From an uncultured delta proteobacterium (GTDB lineage: Bacteria > Myxococcota_A > Polyangia > Palsa-1104): a stretch of 64,000 nucleotides of DNA. Below are positions 43,132 to 52,885 of the stretch, piece after piece (within the stretch, counting starts at the first letter, position 1; each line of letters begins with the position of its first letter). The position numbers and the translations under genes are program-made. The notes below the pieces were generated by a model. It saw only the letters and a program-made list of their open reading frames with translations. It was not told the origin of the DNA and did not search any database. The stretch is from positions 224,001-288,000 of the forward strand of contig CAWAWS010000002.1 of assembly GCA_963785725.1 (NCBI GenBank). The letters are read 5' to 3'.

Positions 43132-45101
43132 ATGAGTGCCGATGATTCGCACCCGCAGCCGGTCATCGTGCTGCGGGTCGTGATTCGCAGCCCCGATCTC
43201 GACACCTTCGTCGCGAAGTATTCACGCTTCATCAAAGACGACCGCATCTTCATCTTCACCAAGTCGTCGCAGCCGGCGGGGACGCAGGTGCGCTTCACGC
43301 TCGAATTGAGCGACGGCAAGCCGCTCATTCACGGCGAAGGCACGGTCACACGCGTGCGGCCCGAGACCGCCGACGTGTCGAAGCCGCCCGGCATGGAGCT
43401 GAAGTTCGTGCCGCTCGATCAGCACAGCCGCGACCTCGTCGATCGCATGTTGAAGGCGCGCGACGGCACGGGGCAGTTTCGCGAGGAGCCGACCGACGCG
43501 CAGACGCAGGTGCGCTCGACGACGTCGCCGGCGCGCGAGTTCGAAGAGCGGCCGCCGACGCTGCCGACGCTGCCGCAGACGGGCGCGTTCTCGGCGCTGG
43601 CGATGGGGCCGGCGTTGGGCTTACTGCCGCGCACGGATCCGGAGATGCCGCGGCAGGACGAGTCGGGCGCGGTGACGCTGGCGCAGCCGCAGCCGACGAG
43701 CACGCCGGCGCGGCCGCCGCTGCCGTCGAGCGCGTTCGAGGCGCCGGGGACGATTCCGTCGGGCGGCTTCACGCAGCCGGTGGCGACCGGCGCCGGCACG
43801 ACCGAGCCGTTGAGCGCCGGCGGCGATCGTCATTCGGGCAGCTACTCGTCGCCGACGCCGCTGCCGGCGCCGATTCCGGCGGGCTCGGAGGAGTCGTTCG
43901 TCGGGCCCAGCGACGGATCGCGGCCGAATCGGACGGAGCTCGGCGCGCGCGTGCCGACGCCACCGCGGGCGCAGCCGATCGCCGACGAGCCGCGCGCGTT
44001 CGCGGCGCACGGGCCGGCGCCGCCGTTCGCGGAGTCGTTTCGCACGCCGCTGCCGGGCCAGCCGCCGGCGGCGACACCGACGGGAACGGTGCCGGCCAAT
44101 CCGTTCAGCGACGTGTCGGACGGCGCCATCGAATACTTCGTCGAGTGGTCGCTCGAGCAGTCGCGCGACGCCAAGCCCAAAGGCGCGAAAGCGAGCTTCT
44201 CGAACGTCAAGATGGTGACGCCGCAGGCCGAGCGCAGTCGGACGAGGCGCGAGCCGTTCTTGTGGGGCCTCTTGTTCGGGCTGCTCTTCGGGGTGCCGCT
44301 CGGCGCGGGCGGGATTTGGTACGTGTACGTGCGCGGGGCGGAGTTGCTGACGGCCGAGCACGCGCCGCCGGCGCCGACCCGACCGCTGGTCGTGCCCGAT
44401 CTGGGAACCGCGAGCGCAACGGCCGCGACTGCGACGACCGCGGCGCCGGAAGCGACGACCGCGCCGAAAGACGCGGCGGCAGCGCCTGTGGCGACGGCGG
44501 CGCTGCCGACGAAGCCGCCGCCGGCCGAGCCGGCGAAGCGACGGTCGCGCCGGCCAAGCCGACGGCCGCGCCGGCCAAGCCGACGGCGAGCGAGCCGGCG
44601 AAACCGGCCGTCGTCGACTGGGCCAAGGCGCCGATCGCTCCGGCCAAGCCGCCAACGGACGCGGACGGCAAGCCGCTGAAAGTGGCGAAGGCGGAGCTGC
44701 AGGTGACGTCGAAGCCGCCGGGCGCCGCGGTCACCATCGACGGGCAGGACAAAGGCAAGACGCCGCTGACGCTGATGGTGCCGGCCGGTGCGCACGAGGT
44801 CGCCGTCGCCAAGGAGCGCTACGCGACGGTGACGCAGTCGGTGACGACGCCGGGCAAGCTCGACGTCGCGCTCAAACGGCCGACGGCGACGCTGCATGTC
44901 GACTCCGATCCGGCGGGCGGCGACGTCGTCGTCGAGGGCAAGCCGCGCGGCAAGACGCCGGTCGACGTGACGCTGGAGGCGTTCCACCACTACGACGTCT
45001 CGGTGACGCTGCTCGGGACCAAGCCGTGGCATAAGCGCGTGAGCCTGAAGCCTCCACAAGTTGACGTAACCGCTAAGCTTTTGGTGGTGCACGGCGAATA
45101 G
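43132..45101 (+). CDS. TIGR02266/PilZ-like domain + Pro-rich linker + TM + PEGA domains (indel at about 44540)
   Basis: F...Y...I....IFI...P.GT.V.F.L.L..G...I.G.G.V...GM...F; TM FLWGLLFGLLFG; VTSKPPGA.V.IDG...G.TP and VDSDP.G..V.VEG...G.TP. Confidence 0.8.
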
Positions 45102-45112
45102 ATCGGTTGCCG

Positions 45113-45141
45113 TTGATTGGTCCGACCACTTGTCCTAAGAT
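45113..45141 (+). promoter_or_regulatory. Sigma-70-like promoter with FadR/GntR-like operator in the spacer
   Basis: TTGATT (45113), 17 bp spacer, TAAGAT (45136); palindrome TGGTCCGACCA at 45118-45128. Confidence 0.6.
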
Positions 45142-45147
45142 ATGAAT

Positions 45148-47154
45148 ATGCGGCAGGTGGCGGCAGACGCGGCGGTGGCGAGCGGACGCCTCGCGGGATC
45201 AGGCCCGCGCGCGAATTCGTCGTCGGGACCAGCGCGTGACGGTCTCGGCGAGCGGGAGCGCGCGTCGCTGTTGGCCGTGGCGCGGGCGGCGATGCCGGCG
45301 GGCACGCTGTTCAGCGGCGCCGGGCCGGCGACGGTGGCCAAGCTGGAGCAGTTCCTCGCGCTCTCGCCGCCGTCGGTGACGAAGGCTTACCGCGGCATGC
45401 TGTTGGCGATCGAGGGCGCGGCCTGGCTGCATCATCGCAAACCGCTGGCACAGCTGGCGGAGGCGGACGTGCTGGCGCTGCTCGAGCGGTGGCGTGGCGG
45501 CGACATCGCGCGGCGCACGGTCATTCGCATGCTGACGGCGCCGCTGAAGATCGCGCATTACAACGATCCGCGCATGTATCGCGACGTCGGCTGTCGCTTC
45601 GGCACGCTGCCGGTGGCGCGCGAAGCGCCGCCGCGCTGGATGCAAGAGCGCGTGCATGCGGCGGCGCAGCTCGACGACGACGAGACGATCGACTGCGACG
45701 TCGTCGTCATCGGCACCGGCGCCGGCGGCGCGGTCGTCGCCAAGGAGCTGGCCGAGCGCGGCCACGCCGTCGTGCTCATCGAAGAGGGCGACTACCACAC
45801 GCGCGCCGACTTCAGCGGCCACGCCGTCGACATGCAGCGCAAGCTCTACCGCGACATGGGCGCGACGATCTCCGTCGGCAACGCGGTCATCCCCATTCCG
45901 CTCGGCCGCGCGGTCGGTGGCACGACGGCCATCAACTCCGGCACCTGCTATCGCACGCCGGCGCGCGTGCTCGAGCATTGGGCGCGCGACTTCGGCCTCG
46001 ACGAGCTCGGCGGCGGCCAGATGGACGCCTATTTCGCGCGCGTCGAAGCCGTGCTCGGTGTCGCCAAAGCGGACGCGCGCCACTTGGGCGGCGTCGCGCG
46101 CGTCGTCGCCCGCGGCTGCGACGTGCTCGGCTACGCGCATTCGCCGCTCGCGCGCAACGCGCCCGAGTGCGACGGCCAAGGCGTCTGCTGTCTCGGCTGT
46201 CCGACCGACGCCAAGCGCTCGACCAACGTCAGCTACGTGCCGCTCGCGCTCAAGGCCGGCGCCGAGCTGTTCACCGGATTCCGCGCCGAGCGCGTCCTCG
46301 TCGAGCGCGGCCGCGCCGCCGGCGTCGTCGCGCGCAACCGCAACAGCGACGGCGAATTACGCACGCTGACGGTGCGCGCGCCCCACGTCGTCGTCGCCTG
46401 CGGCTCGCTCTTGACGCCGCTGTTGCTCGAGGCCTCGGGAATCGGCGCGACGTCGGGACAGCTCGGCCGCAACCTGTCGATTCACCCGGCGCTCGCGGTC
46501 ATGGCTGACTTCGAAGAGCGCATCGACGGCGGCAACGCCATCCCGCAAGGCTACGCCATCGAGCACTTTCACGATGAAGGCATCCTCTTCGAAGGCGCCT
46601 TTGCCGCGCTCGACGTCGCCGCGGCCACGTTCACGATGATCGGCCCGCGCCTCGTGCAGCTGCTCGAACGCTACGATCACATCGCCTGCTTCGGCATCAT
46701 GATCGAAGATCGCTCGCGCGGTCGCGTGCGCCGCGGCCCGGGCGGTCGACCGCTCATCACCTACAACGTCGGCGATCACGACGTCGCGCGCTTGAAACGT
46801 GCCGTCGACATCCTGAGCCGCGTCTACTTTGCCGCCGGCGCGCGCAGCGTGTTCCCGATGATCCACGGCTTCGACGAGCTGCGCAGCCCCGACGACTTGC
46901 GCGACTTGCAACAGGCGAAGCTGAAGGCGCGCGACTTCGAGATCACGGCCTATCACCCGCTCGGGACGGCGCGCATGGGACGCGACCCGCGCGCCAGCGT
47001 CGTCGGCGCCGATCACGAGACGCACGACACGCCCGGCGTCTACGTGGCCGACGGCAGCGTCGTGCCCTCGTCGCCGTCGGTCAATCCGCAGGTGACGATC
47101 ATGGCGCTGGCGACGCGCGCCGCCGACCAATTGGCCGCCAAGCTCGAACGCTGA
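45148..47154 (+). CDS. GMC family oxidoreductase with N-terminal accessory domain
   Basis: DVVVIGTGAGG, IEEG, GRAVGGTT.IN, C...G.C..GCP..AK, YHPLGTARMG, V.DGS..P....VNPQ.TI. Confidence 0.92.
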   Translation: MRQVAADAAVASGRLAGSGPRANSSSGPARDGLGERERASLLAVARAAMPAGTLFSGAGPATVAKLEQFLALSPPSVTKAYRGMLLAIEGAAWLHHRKPLAQLAEADVLALLERWRGGDIARRTVIRMLTAPLKIAHYNDPRMYRDVGCRFGTLPVAREAPPRWMQERVHAAAQLDDDETIDCDVVVIGTGAGGAVVAKELAERGHAVVLIEEGDYHTRADFSGHAVDMQRKLYRDMGATISVGNAVIPIPLGRAVGGTTAINSGTCYRTPARVLEHWARDFGLDELGGGQMDAYFARVEAVLGVAKADARHLGGVARVVARGCDVLGYAHSPLARNAPECDGQGVCCLGCPTDAKRSTNVSYVPLALKAGAELFTGFRAERVLVERGRAAGVVARNRNSDGELRTLTVRAPHVVVACGSLLTPLLLEASGIGATSGQLGRNLSIHPALAVMADFEERIDGGNAIPQGYAIEHFHDEGILFEGAFAALDVAAATFTMIGPRLVQLLERYDHIACFGIMIEDRSRGRVRRGPGGRPLITYNVGDHDVARLKRAVDILSRVYFAAGARSVFPMIHGFDELRSPDDLRDLQQAKLKARDFEITAYHPLGTARMGRDPRASVVGADHETHDTPGVYVADGSVVPSSPSVNPQVTIMALATRAADQLAAKLER

Positions 47155-47281
47155 ACGCGCATGGCTCGTCTCCGCGCCGGTCGTGAAGCTCGCCCGGCAC
47201 CATGGAAACCACCCGATTAGCGCTCGAGCGCTTCACATGGCGCGCACACCCGCGAATCAGCGTCGGTGCGCCCGCCTTCGG

Positions 47282-48727
47282 TCATGTCCTCTGCGTATTG
47301 GCTCGAACCGCGGACAATAACGCTGCCAGCACGTTGGCTTCATTCTGCTCCGGCGTCAGAGACGATACGGTTCCATATTCGGCGCTCAAATAGCCTTCAT
47401 AGGTCGTATCGCTCAGCGCCGCGAGAAAGCGTTCCAGCTGCTTCAACGATGGGTGAAAGCCCTCCTTGAAGATGCGCGTCATGGCGCGCCGGCAGTCGTC
47501 TGCGCGGTGGATCGGAAATACGCCCTCGGCAAACTGGTAGAAGTTGTGCCCGAACAGCAGCACCGGCTTCTCGCGGAACAGCGCCTCCCAACCGGCGGTG
47601 CCCGTCGCGGTCGCCACGGCGACGCTCTTCTGCATCAGCTCGTAGGTGTCGAAGCGCTTGGGCACCAGCGTGGTCCGCGGCAGCGCGCGCAGCTCGTCGT
47701 AATATTCGGGATAGCGCCCGAGCTGCTTCTTCTGCATCGGATGCTCTTTGATGTAGAGGTGCACGTCCTCGGGCATGGTGGCGGCGATCAGCTGCGCGAT
47801 CAGCCCCTGGTCGACGAACGCGCCCGCCAGCGGCGACGTGGTCATCTCCGGCTGATAATGCAGCGCCAGATAGATGAACTTGCGGCTCACGTCCGGCGGC
47901 GACGACAGCGCTTCGTAGCGCGCCAGCATCTCCTGATCGGCGCGCGCCCGCTGCCGCGTCTCCAAAGCGCGCGTGGAGTACTCTTTCCAGAAGCCGGGGT
48001 TGAGCAACTTGCTGCGCACCAGCGACGGATCTTTGCCCAACACCCGCGCCACCCGCGTCACCCGGCTGGTGATGGACGGCCCCACCGGACGCGGCTGCGC
48101 GTTCATGTAGAACGGCGTCGGCTTGGCGCTGCTGGTCTGGCGCTCGTAGTCGCGACGAAAGCGCCCGCTCAGCTCCACCTCGGCGCCCTGCAGCGCGGCG
48201 TAGCGCTGCGCAATCGCGGGCGACGAGCGCTCCCAGTCGGTGAGCATCAAGAAGGTGTCGCTCACCTGCGTCTGGAATCCGAAGATCGCCGGAATCCCGT
48301 GCAGCTTGCAGAGCGAATAGACGACAAAATCGAACGTCTCGTGGGGAACGTTCAACCCCAGATAGAAGTCGATTTTCTCTTCGAGAATGACGTGATTCCA
48401 ATAACGGACGTGCTTCAAATACACGTTCTTGCGCTGCTGATACGACTGTGGAAACGCCTGCTCCAGCCGATCGCACATCTTGAGGAAGACGACCTCGGCG
48501 CCGGCCAGCCGCTCGAGCAGCTCCTCGTCGATTGGGCGCAATCGGCTCCAATCGACGTGATAATCGCCCCAGTTCAAATCCCACCAGAAATGGGACACGG
48601 AGTTGGAGATATTCGAGCGGAGATCGAAATGAGTGAGCTGGCAATATTCGATCCCCAGCTCCGCTACGAGCTTTTCCAGTATTGGCTGCTGCCAGGGGTC
48701 CTGAAATCCGTGGAGGATGGCGCGCAT
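47282..48727 (-). CDS. Capsular polysaccharide biosynthesis protein (KpsS/Capsule_synth-like)
   Basis: YLALHYQPE, LYIKEHP, ATGTAGWEAL...KPVLLFG..FY. Confidence 0.8.
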   Translation of the reverse strand: MRAILHGFQDPWQQPILEKLVAELGIEYCQLTHFDLRSNISNSVSHFWWDLNWGDYHVDWSRLRPIDEELLERLAGAEVVFLKMCDRLEQAFPQSYQQRKNVYLKHVRYWNHVILEEKIDFYLGLNVPHETFDFVVYSLCKLHGIPAIFGFQTQVSDTFLMLTDWERSSPAIAQRYAALQGAEVELSGRFRRDYERQTSSAKPTPFYMNAQPRPVGPSITSRVTRVARVLGKDPSLVRSKLLNPGFWKEYSTRALETRQRARADQEMLARYEALSSPPDVSRKFIYLALHYQPEMTTSPLAGAFVDQGLIAQLIAATMPEDVHLYIKEHPMQKKQLGRYPEYYDELRALPRTTLVPKRFDTYELMQKSVAVATATGTAGWEALFREKPVLLFGHNFYQFAEGVFPIHRADDCRRAMTRIFKEGFHPSLKQLERFLAALSDTTYEGYLSAEYGTVSSLTPEQNEANVLAALLSAVRANTQRT

Positions 48728-50526
48728 CAACCGACCGCCTGCACTTCCTGCGTGAGCTTCTGCAGCTCGATCATTTTGTGAAAACGCGAGCCGCTGCGCG
48801 ACACCAGCTCGTCGTAGGAGCCCTTTTCCACGATGCGCCCCTCGTGCAGCACGCAGATCAGGTCGCAGTTGCGGATGGTGGAGAGCCGGTGGGCGATGAT
48901 GAGGATGGTCATCTGCCCGCGCAAACCGTCGATGCTCTGCTGGATGGCGCGCTCCGACTCGGAGTCGAGGGCGCTGGTCGCCTCGTCGAGCACCAGGATA
49001 TCGGGGCGCTTGAACAGCTCGCGCGCGATCGCCAGGCGCTGCCGCTGCCCGCCCGACAGGCGCACGCCGCGGTCGCCGACCGGCGATTCGAACCCTTGCG
49101 GCGTGGACTCGATGAACTCCAGACACTTGGCGCGCTTGGCGGCGTCGCGGATGGCGCTCATGTCGCTGGAGGTCCACAACGCGATGTTGTTGGCCACGGT
49201 GTCGTCGAAGAGCATCGCGTCCTGCGGAACGTAACCGATGTGCGGCCGCATGGATTCGAGGTCGAGGTCGGCCAGCGAAGTGCCGTCGATGGCGATGCTC
49301 CCAGTCACCGGCTTGAGCGTCCCCATGATCAGGTCGACCAGCGTCGATTTTCCCGATCCCGATTCACCGACGAACGCGACGGTGGCGTTGCGAGCGATCG
49401 TCAGGTCGACGTCGCGTAGGACCGCGCGCTCGGGCACATAGTCGAAGCCGAGCTTCTCCAGACGAATCTCCTTATCCAGCTGCGCATAGGGCTTCTTTCC
49501 GTTGGGCTCCACCTGACGCTCGAAATCGTCGAATGACGACTGCACCAGATCGATCGGACCGACATATCCGAGGAAGGACTGCCAGCCATATTGCAGCGTC
49601 CACAACTCATTCATGATGCGGAAGAAATAGAGCAACAGAACGAACAGCGCGCCCAGCGGCTGATGCTGAATCCCCGCGCGGTAATACAAGACCGCCGCCA
49701 AAAACATCACCATCAACGGCTGTGACACCGACTGAGAAAACGCGTTGGCCGCCGAGTTTCGATATTCGGCGTCGGCCAGTCGTTGCGCCGCTCCGTCGAT
49801 GCGCGCCTCGAAGGGGGCGAATCCTGCCGTCGCGCGCAGGTATTTGAAGGCCTGCACCATCTGAATCAACAGGCTGGTGAGGACAGCGTTCTCCTTCACC
49901 GTCACCCGCGAGGCGTGCACCGAGAATCGCCCGCTGAAACGAATCATTCCGACGGTGATCAGACCCATGAAACCGCAAATGATGGTCAGCCGCCAGTCGA
50001 GCCACAGCACCATGCCGAAAAATACGATGACGTTCAGCGCCGGCGGAAAGGTGCGAATGAAGAACAAGAACCCCGAAGCGACCTTGCTGACCTCGTTGAC
50101 CAGAAGGTTCGAGTAGAAGCCGGCGTTGTTGGCGACAATCATCCGATAGTCGAGGCGCCTGAGGCCCTTGATGACCCGCCGCCGCAGCTTCAGCGGGATG
50201 TGCGCCGTGAGGTGTCCCTGATACGAGAGCGTCACCATGGTCAGGATTCCCTTGACCAGAAAGGCGGCGACGATGAACGGCAACGCGCCCAGCGGAGTCA
50301 GCGGAATATGCAGAAAATGAAACACCTTGCTCAGCGACGCCGAGAGCGCGTCCGGCTCGCCTTCGCCGCGCAGCAGCGGAAAAAATAGGGCGATGCCGAT
50401 GCCTTCGGCGTAGCTCATCAGCACGTTCAGCGCCGTGAGCACGTACATATGACCGCCGACCAGCTGGCGAAACGTGCGGAAATATCGCGTGAAGAGCCGC
50501 GGAATCTCGAAGACGACGGAGAGCAT
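48727..50526 (-). CDS. ABC transporter, fused permease/ATPase (PglK/MsbA-like glycan flippase)
   Basis: N-terminal TMs; GESGSGKST, YVPQD, LSGGQRQR, VLDEATSALD, IAHRLST. Confidence 0.92.
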   Translation of the reverse strand: MLSVVFEIPRLFTRYFRTFRQLVGGHMYVLTALNVLMSYAEGIGIALFFPLLRGEGEPDALSASLSKVFHFLHIPLTPLGALPFIVAAFLVKGILTMVTLSYQGHLTAHIPLKLRRRVIKGLRRLDYRMIVANNAGFYSNLLVNEVSKVASGFLFFIRTFPPALNVIVFFGMVLWLDWRLTIICGFMGLITVGMIRFSGRFSVHASRVTVKENAVLTSLLIQMVQAFKYLRATAGFAPFEARIDGAAQRLADAEYRNSAANAFSQSVSQPLMVMFLAAVLYYRAGIQHQPLGALFVLLLYFFRIMNELWTLQYGWQSFLGYVGPIDLVQSSFDDFERQVEPNGKKPYAQLDKEIRLEKLGFDYVPERAVLRDVDLTIARNATVAFVGESGSGKSTLVDLIMGTLKPVTGSIAIDGTSLADLDLESMRPHIGYVPQDAMLFDDTVANNIALWTSSDMSAIRDAAKRAKCLEFIESTPQGFESPVGDRGVRLSGGQRQRLAIARELFKRPDILVLDEATSALDSESERAIQQSIDGLRGQMTILIIAHRLSTIRNCDLICVLHEGRIVEKGSYDELVSRSGSRFHKMIELQKLTQEVQAVG

Positions 50527-50592
50527 CAGCGGCCCAACGTCGTCAGCGGGCGCCCGGGCACGTAGCAGTAATCCAGCGCCCTCGGCGAAGGC

Positions 50593-50748
50593 ATGCGGTT
50601 CCATACCATCCGCCTATTGGTCAGGCAAGCCGTCGACAACGAGCTCCTGGTGGTCGACGACGCCTCCAGCGACGGGACGCAGGCGGTGTTGGCGGAGATG
50701 GCGAGCGCGAGCGTTCGTCGCTACGCGGTGCCCGTGACGCGTGGTTGA
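50593..50748 (+). pseudogene. Glycosyltransferase family 2 N-terminal remnant
   Basis: 51-codon frame MRFHTIRLLVRQAVDNELLVVDDASSDGTQAVLAEM...; ELLVVDDASSDGT is the GT2 signature and the rest of the domain is absent. Confidence 0.7.
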
Positions 50749-50832
50749 AAGCGTGCGCAATCCACCGCATCGAGCGGTAGGCTCGAGCGCTGAACGCATA
50801 CGGTCGGGAGGATTTACGGCGAGCCGGAACGG

Positions 50833-51333
50833 TTACTCGTGATCGTGGTCGTGGTCGTGCTCGTCACCGTCGTGCGTGTGGCCGTGCTCGATCTCCTCGG
50901 CCGTCGCGTCCCGCACTTCGCGCACGTCGACGTGGAAGAACAGCGTCTCGCCGGCCAGCGGATGGTTGGCGTCGACGACGACCGCGTCCTCCTTCAGCTC
51001 GACGACGCGCACCGGCAGCGCCTGGCCCTCGTCATCTTCGCCGATGAAGGAGTCGCCGACCGAGAGCTTGGCGTCCTCGGGGAAGGCCGAGCGCGGGACG
51101 CTGAAAACGCCTTCGGGATCGGGCACGCCGTAGCCCTCTTCGGGCGTGACGACGACGTCCTTGCCCTGGCCGGCTTCCATGCCCTCGAGCTCTTTTTCCA
51201 GACCAGGGACGATCTGGCTGAAGCCATGCAAATAGGTGAGCGGCTCGGCGCCGTCGGACGTGTCGAGCACGTCGCCTCCCTTGTTGCGCAGCGTGTAGTC
51301 GAGTCGTACCACTTTGTTTTCCGCGATCCGCAT
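50833..51333 (-). CDS. slyD: FKBP-type peptidyl-prolyl isomerase SlyD
   Basis: VV.LDYTL, PL.YLHG...IVPGLE, VDANHPLAG.TL.F, EE..HGH, His/Asp-rich tail. Confidence 0.95.
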   Translation of the reverse strand: MRIAENKVVRLDYTLRNKGGDVLDTSDGAEPLTYLHGFSQIVPGLEKELEGMEAGQGKDVVVTPEEGYGVPDPEGVFSVPRSAFPEDAKLSVGDSFIGEDDEGQALPVRVVELKEDAVVVDANHPLAGETLFFHVDVREVRDATAEEIEHGHTHDGDEHDHDHDHE

Positions 51334-51407
51334 GATGGCCCACATCATCGGCGCGCGGCCGGGCGCGGTCAAGCCGCCGAATGCGGGAATCGTGATAGGT
51401 TCCGCTC

Positions 51408-52043
51408 GTGACCGAACCAACGCCGGAATCGAGAAGCGCTGCCATCCCAGTCTCCGCACCGCCGCAGCGACCGGCGCTCCTGTTCGTGCTGGGCGCCTTC
51501 GGGCTCGTCATCGGCGCGCTGGTGTCGGCGACGTCGCTCAGTACGGCGCTCGGGCTCCTCTTGCCGCGCGATAAGTACGTCGACATCGTCAAGCAGCAGA
51601 ACCCGATGAGCTTCCGCCTGCAGCCGGCGGAGCTGGAGAAGCTCGCGCTGCACGAGGCCGAGGCGCAATACGATCGGCGCCTGGCGACACTGCCGTTGGC
51701 GGCGGCGGGAATCGTCATCTCGTGCCTGCTGTTCTCGGGCGCGCTGCGCAGCATGATGGGAGATCCGACGGCGCTCTCGACGTGGAGGCTGGCGGCGACG
51801 GCGGCGTTACCGCATCGGCTGTTGACGTTCGTGGCGGTGGTGGTGACGAGCCATGACGTCGAGCGGCTGTTCGGTGGGCTGAAGGCGGCGCCGTTTCTGG
51901 AGACGCGGCTCGCGGTCGATCAGACGCTCGCGGCGATGGCGGCGGTGCTGTTGACGATCTATTTCACCGCCTGCTTGTTGATGCTGCGACGGCTGGGCGT
52001 GCCTGCGGAAGCTAGCGGCGACGCAAAACGAAGCCGGCCATAG
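51408..52043 (+). CDS. Hypothetical membrane protein
   Basis: 211 aa with about four hydrophobic segments. Confidence 0.65.
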   Translation: MTEPTPESRSAAIPVSAPPQRPALLFVLGAFGLVIGALVSATSLSTALGLLLPRDKYVDIVKQQNPMSFRLQPAELEKLALHEAEAQYDRRLATLPLAAAGIVISCLLFSGALRSMMGDPTALSTWRLAATAALPHRLLTFVAVVVTSHDVERLFGGLKAAPFLETRLAVDQTLAAMAAVLLTIYFTACLLMLRRLGVPAEASGDAKRSRP

Positions 52044-52809
52044 GCTTCAAGAACGGCAAGGCCGAGAGACCGAGCATCACGGCGGCCAGCGCGCCCATCG
52101 GCAAGAGCAGCGTATTGCCGGCGGTGATCTGGAACTCGTTCTGGAAGTAGGCCTCGACGTTGACCGGCAAGCCGCCGAAGACGACCGTGCCGGCGGTGGC
52201 GAACGCGGCGACGGTGAGCGCGATGACGCCATAGGTGCGGTTGAGCAGCACGCCGCCGAAGCCGACGACGGCGAACGCGAACGCCGCCGCGGCGAGCATC
52301 TCCTGATCCTGGCGCGGCGCGAGCGTGAACATGATGAGCCCCGGCAGCGAGTTCGCCGCGCGGGTCACCGACTTACGGATGCGGATGACGCCCTGGTCGT
52401 CGAGCTTCCAGCGCGCGCGCCAATCGGGCTTGGCGTCGAAGAGGACGGCCATCTTCTCGCCCTGCAAGCACAAGGCGATGAGCGCGTGCGTGAGGCCGAA
52501 GATGATGAGCGCCGGCGGCAACGAGCGCGCCGCCACCCAGCCGAAGATCGTCATCGTCACGCCCCATTGGCCGATGCCGGTGGCGAACCAGCGGCCCCAG
52601 AACCACTCGGCAGCGACGGCGAAGAAGGTCACGCAATACACGAGCGTCATGGCCGAGAACACGGGCACCCATTCGGGCAGCTCGGTTCGCGCGCTCAAGC
52701 CGATCATGAAAAAGAGCGTGGCGTAAAATCCGAGGAACAAGAGCGAGAGCGCTTTGCGCTCACCGACCAGTCCCACCGACCCAAGCGCGTCCATGTACGG
52801 GAGCTTCAT
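52012..52809 (-). CDS. Hypothetical multi-pass membrane protein
   Basis: Many TM segments; AAGGAG upstream of ATG 52809. Confidence 0.7.
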   Translation of the reverse strand: MKLPYMDALGSVGLVGERKALSLLFLGFYATLFFMIGLSARTELPEWVPVFSAMTLVYCVTFFAVAAEWFWGRWFATGIGQWGVTMTIFGWVAARSLPPALIIFGLTHALIALCLQGEKMAVLFDAKPDWRARWKLDDQGVIRIRKSVTRAANSLPGLIMFTLAPRQDQEMLAAAAFAFAVVGFGGVLLNRTYGVIALTVAAFATAGTVVFGGLPVNVEAYFQNEFQITAGNTLLLPMGALAAVMLGLSALPFLKPMAGFVLRRR

Positions 52810-52885
52810 CGCGTTTACTCCTTCGAGCTTCATTATACGGCCAAGCGGGCTACTTTTCATCTGCCCGCGTACGAGCTACGGTCAC

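Larger units (their letters stand above)
47142..50797. mobile_element. Small horizontally acquired polysaccharide island bounded by 17-bp imperfect direct repeats
   Basis: gctcgaacgctgaacgc (47142-47158) versus gctcgagcgctgaacgc (50781-50797); cargo looks more AT-rich; gene remnants at the right edge; no integrase. Confidence 0.5.

Noticed and set aside
47282..49177. 631-aa version of the capsule protein
   Set aside because: The first roughly 150 aa are an off-frame read of the ABC gene; the real start is the coupled ATG at 48727.
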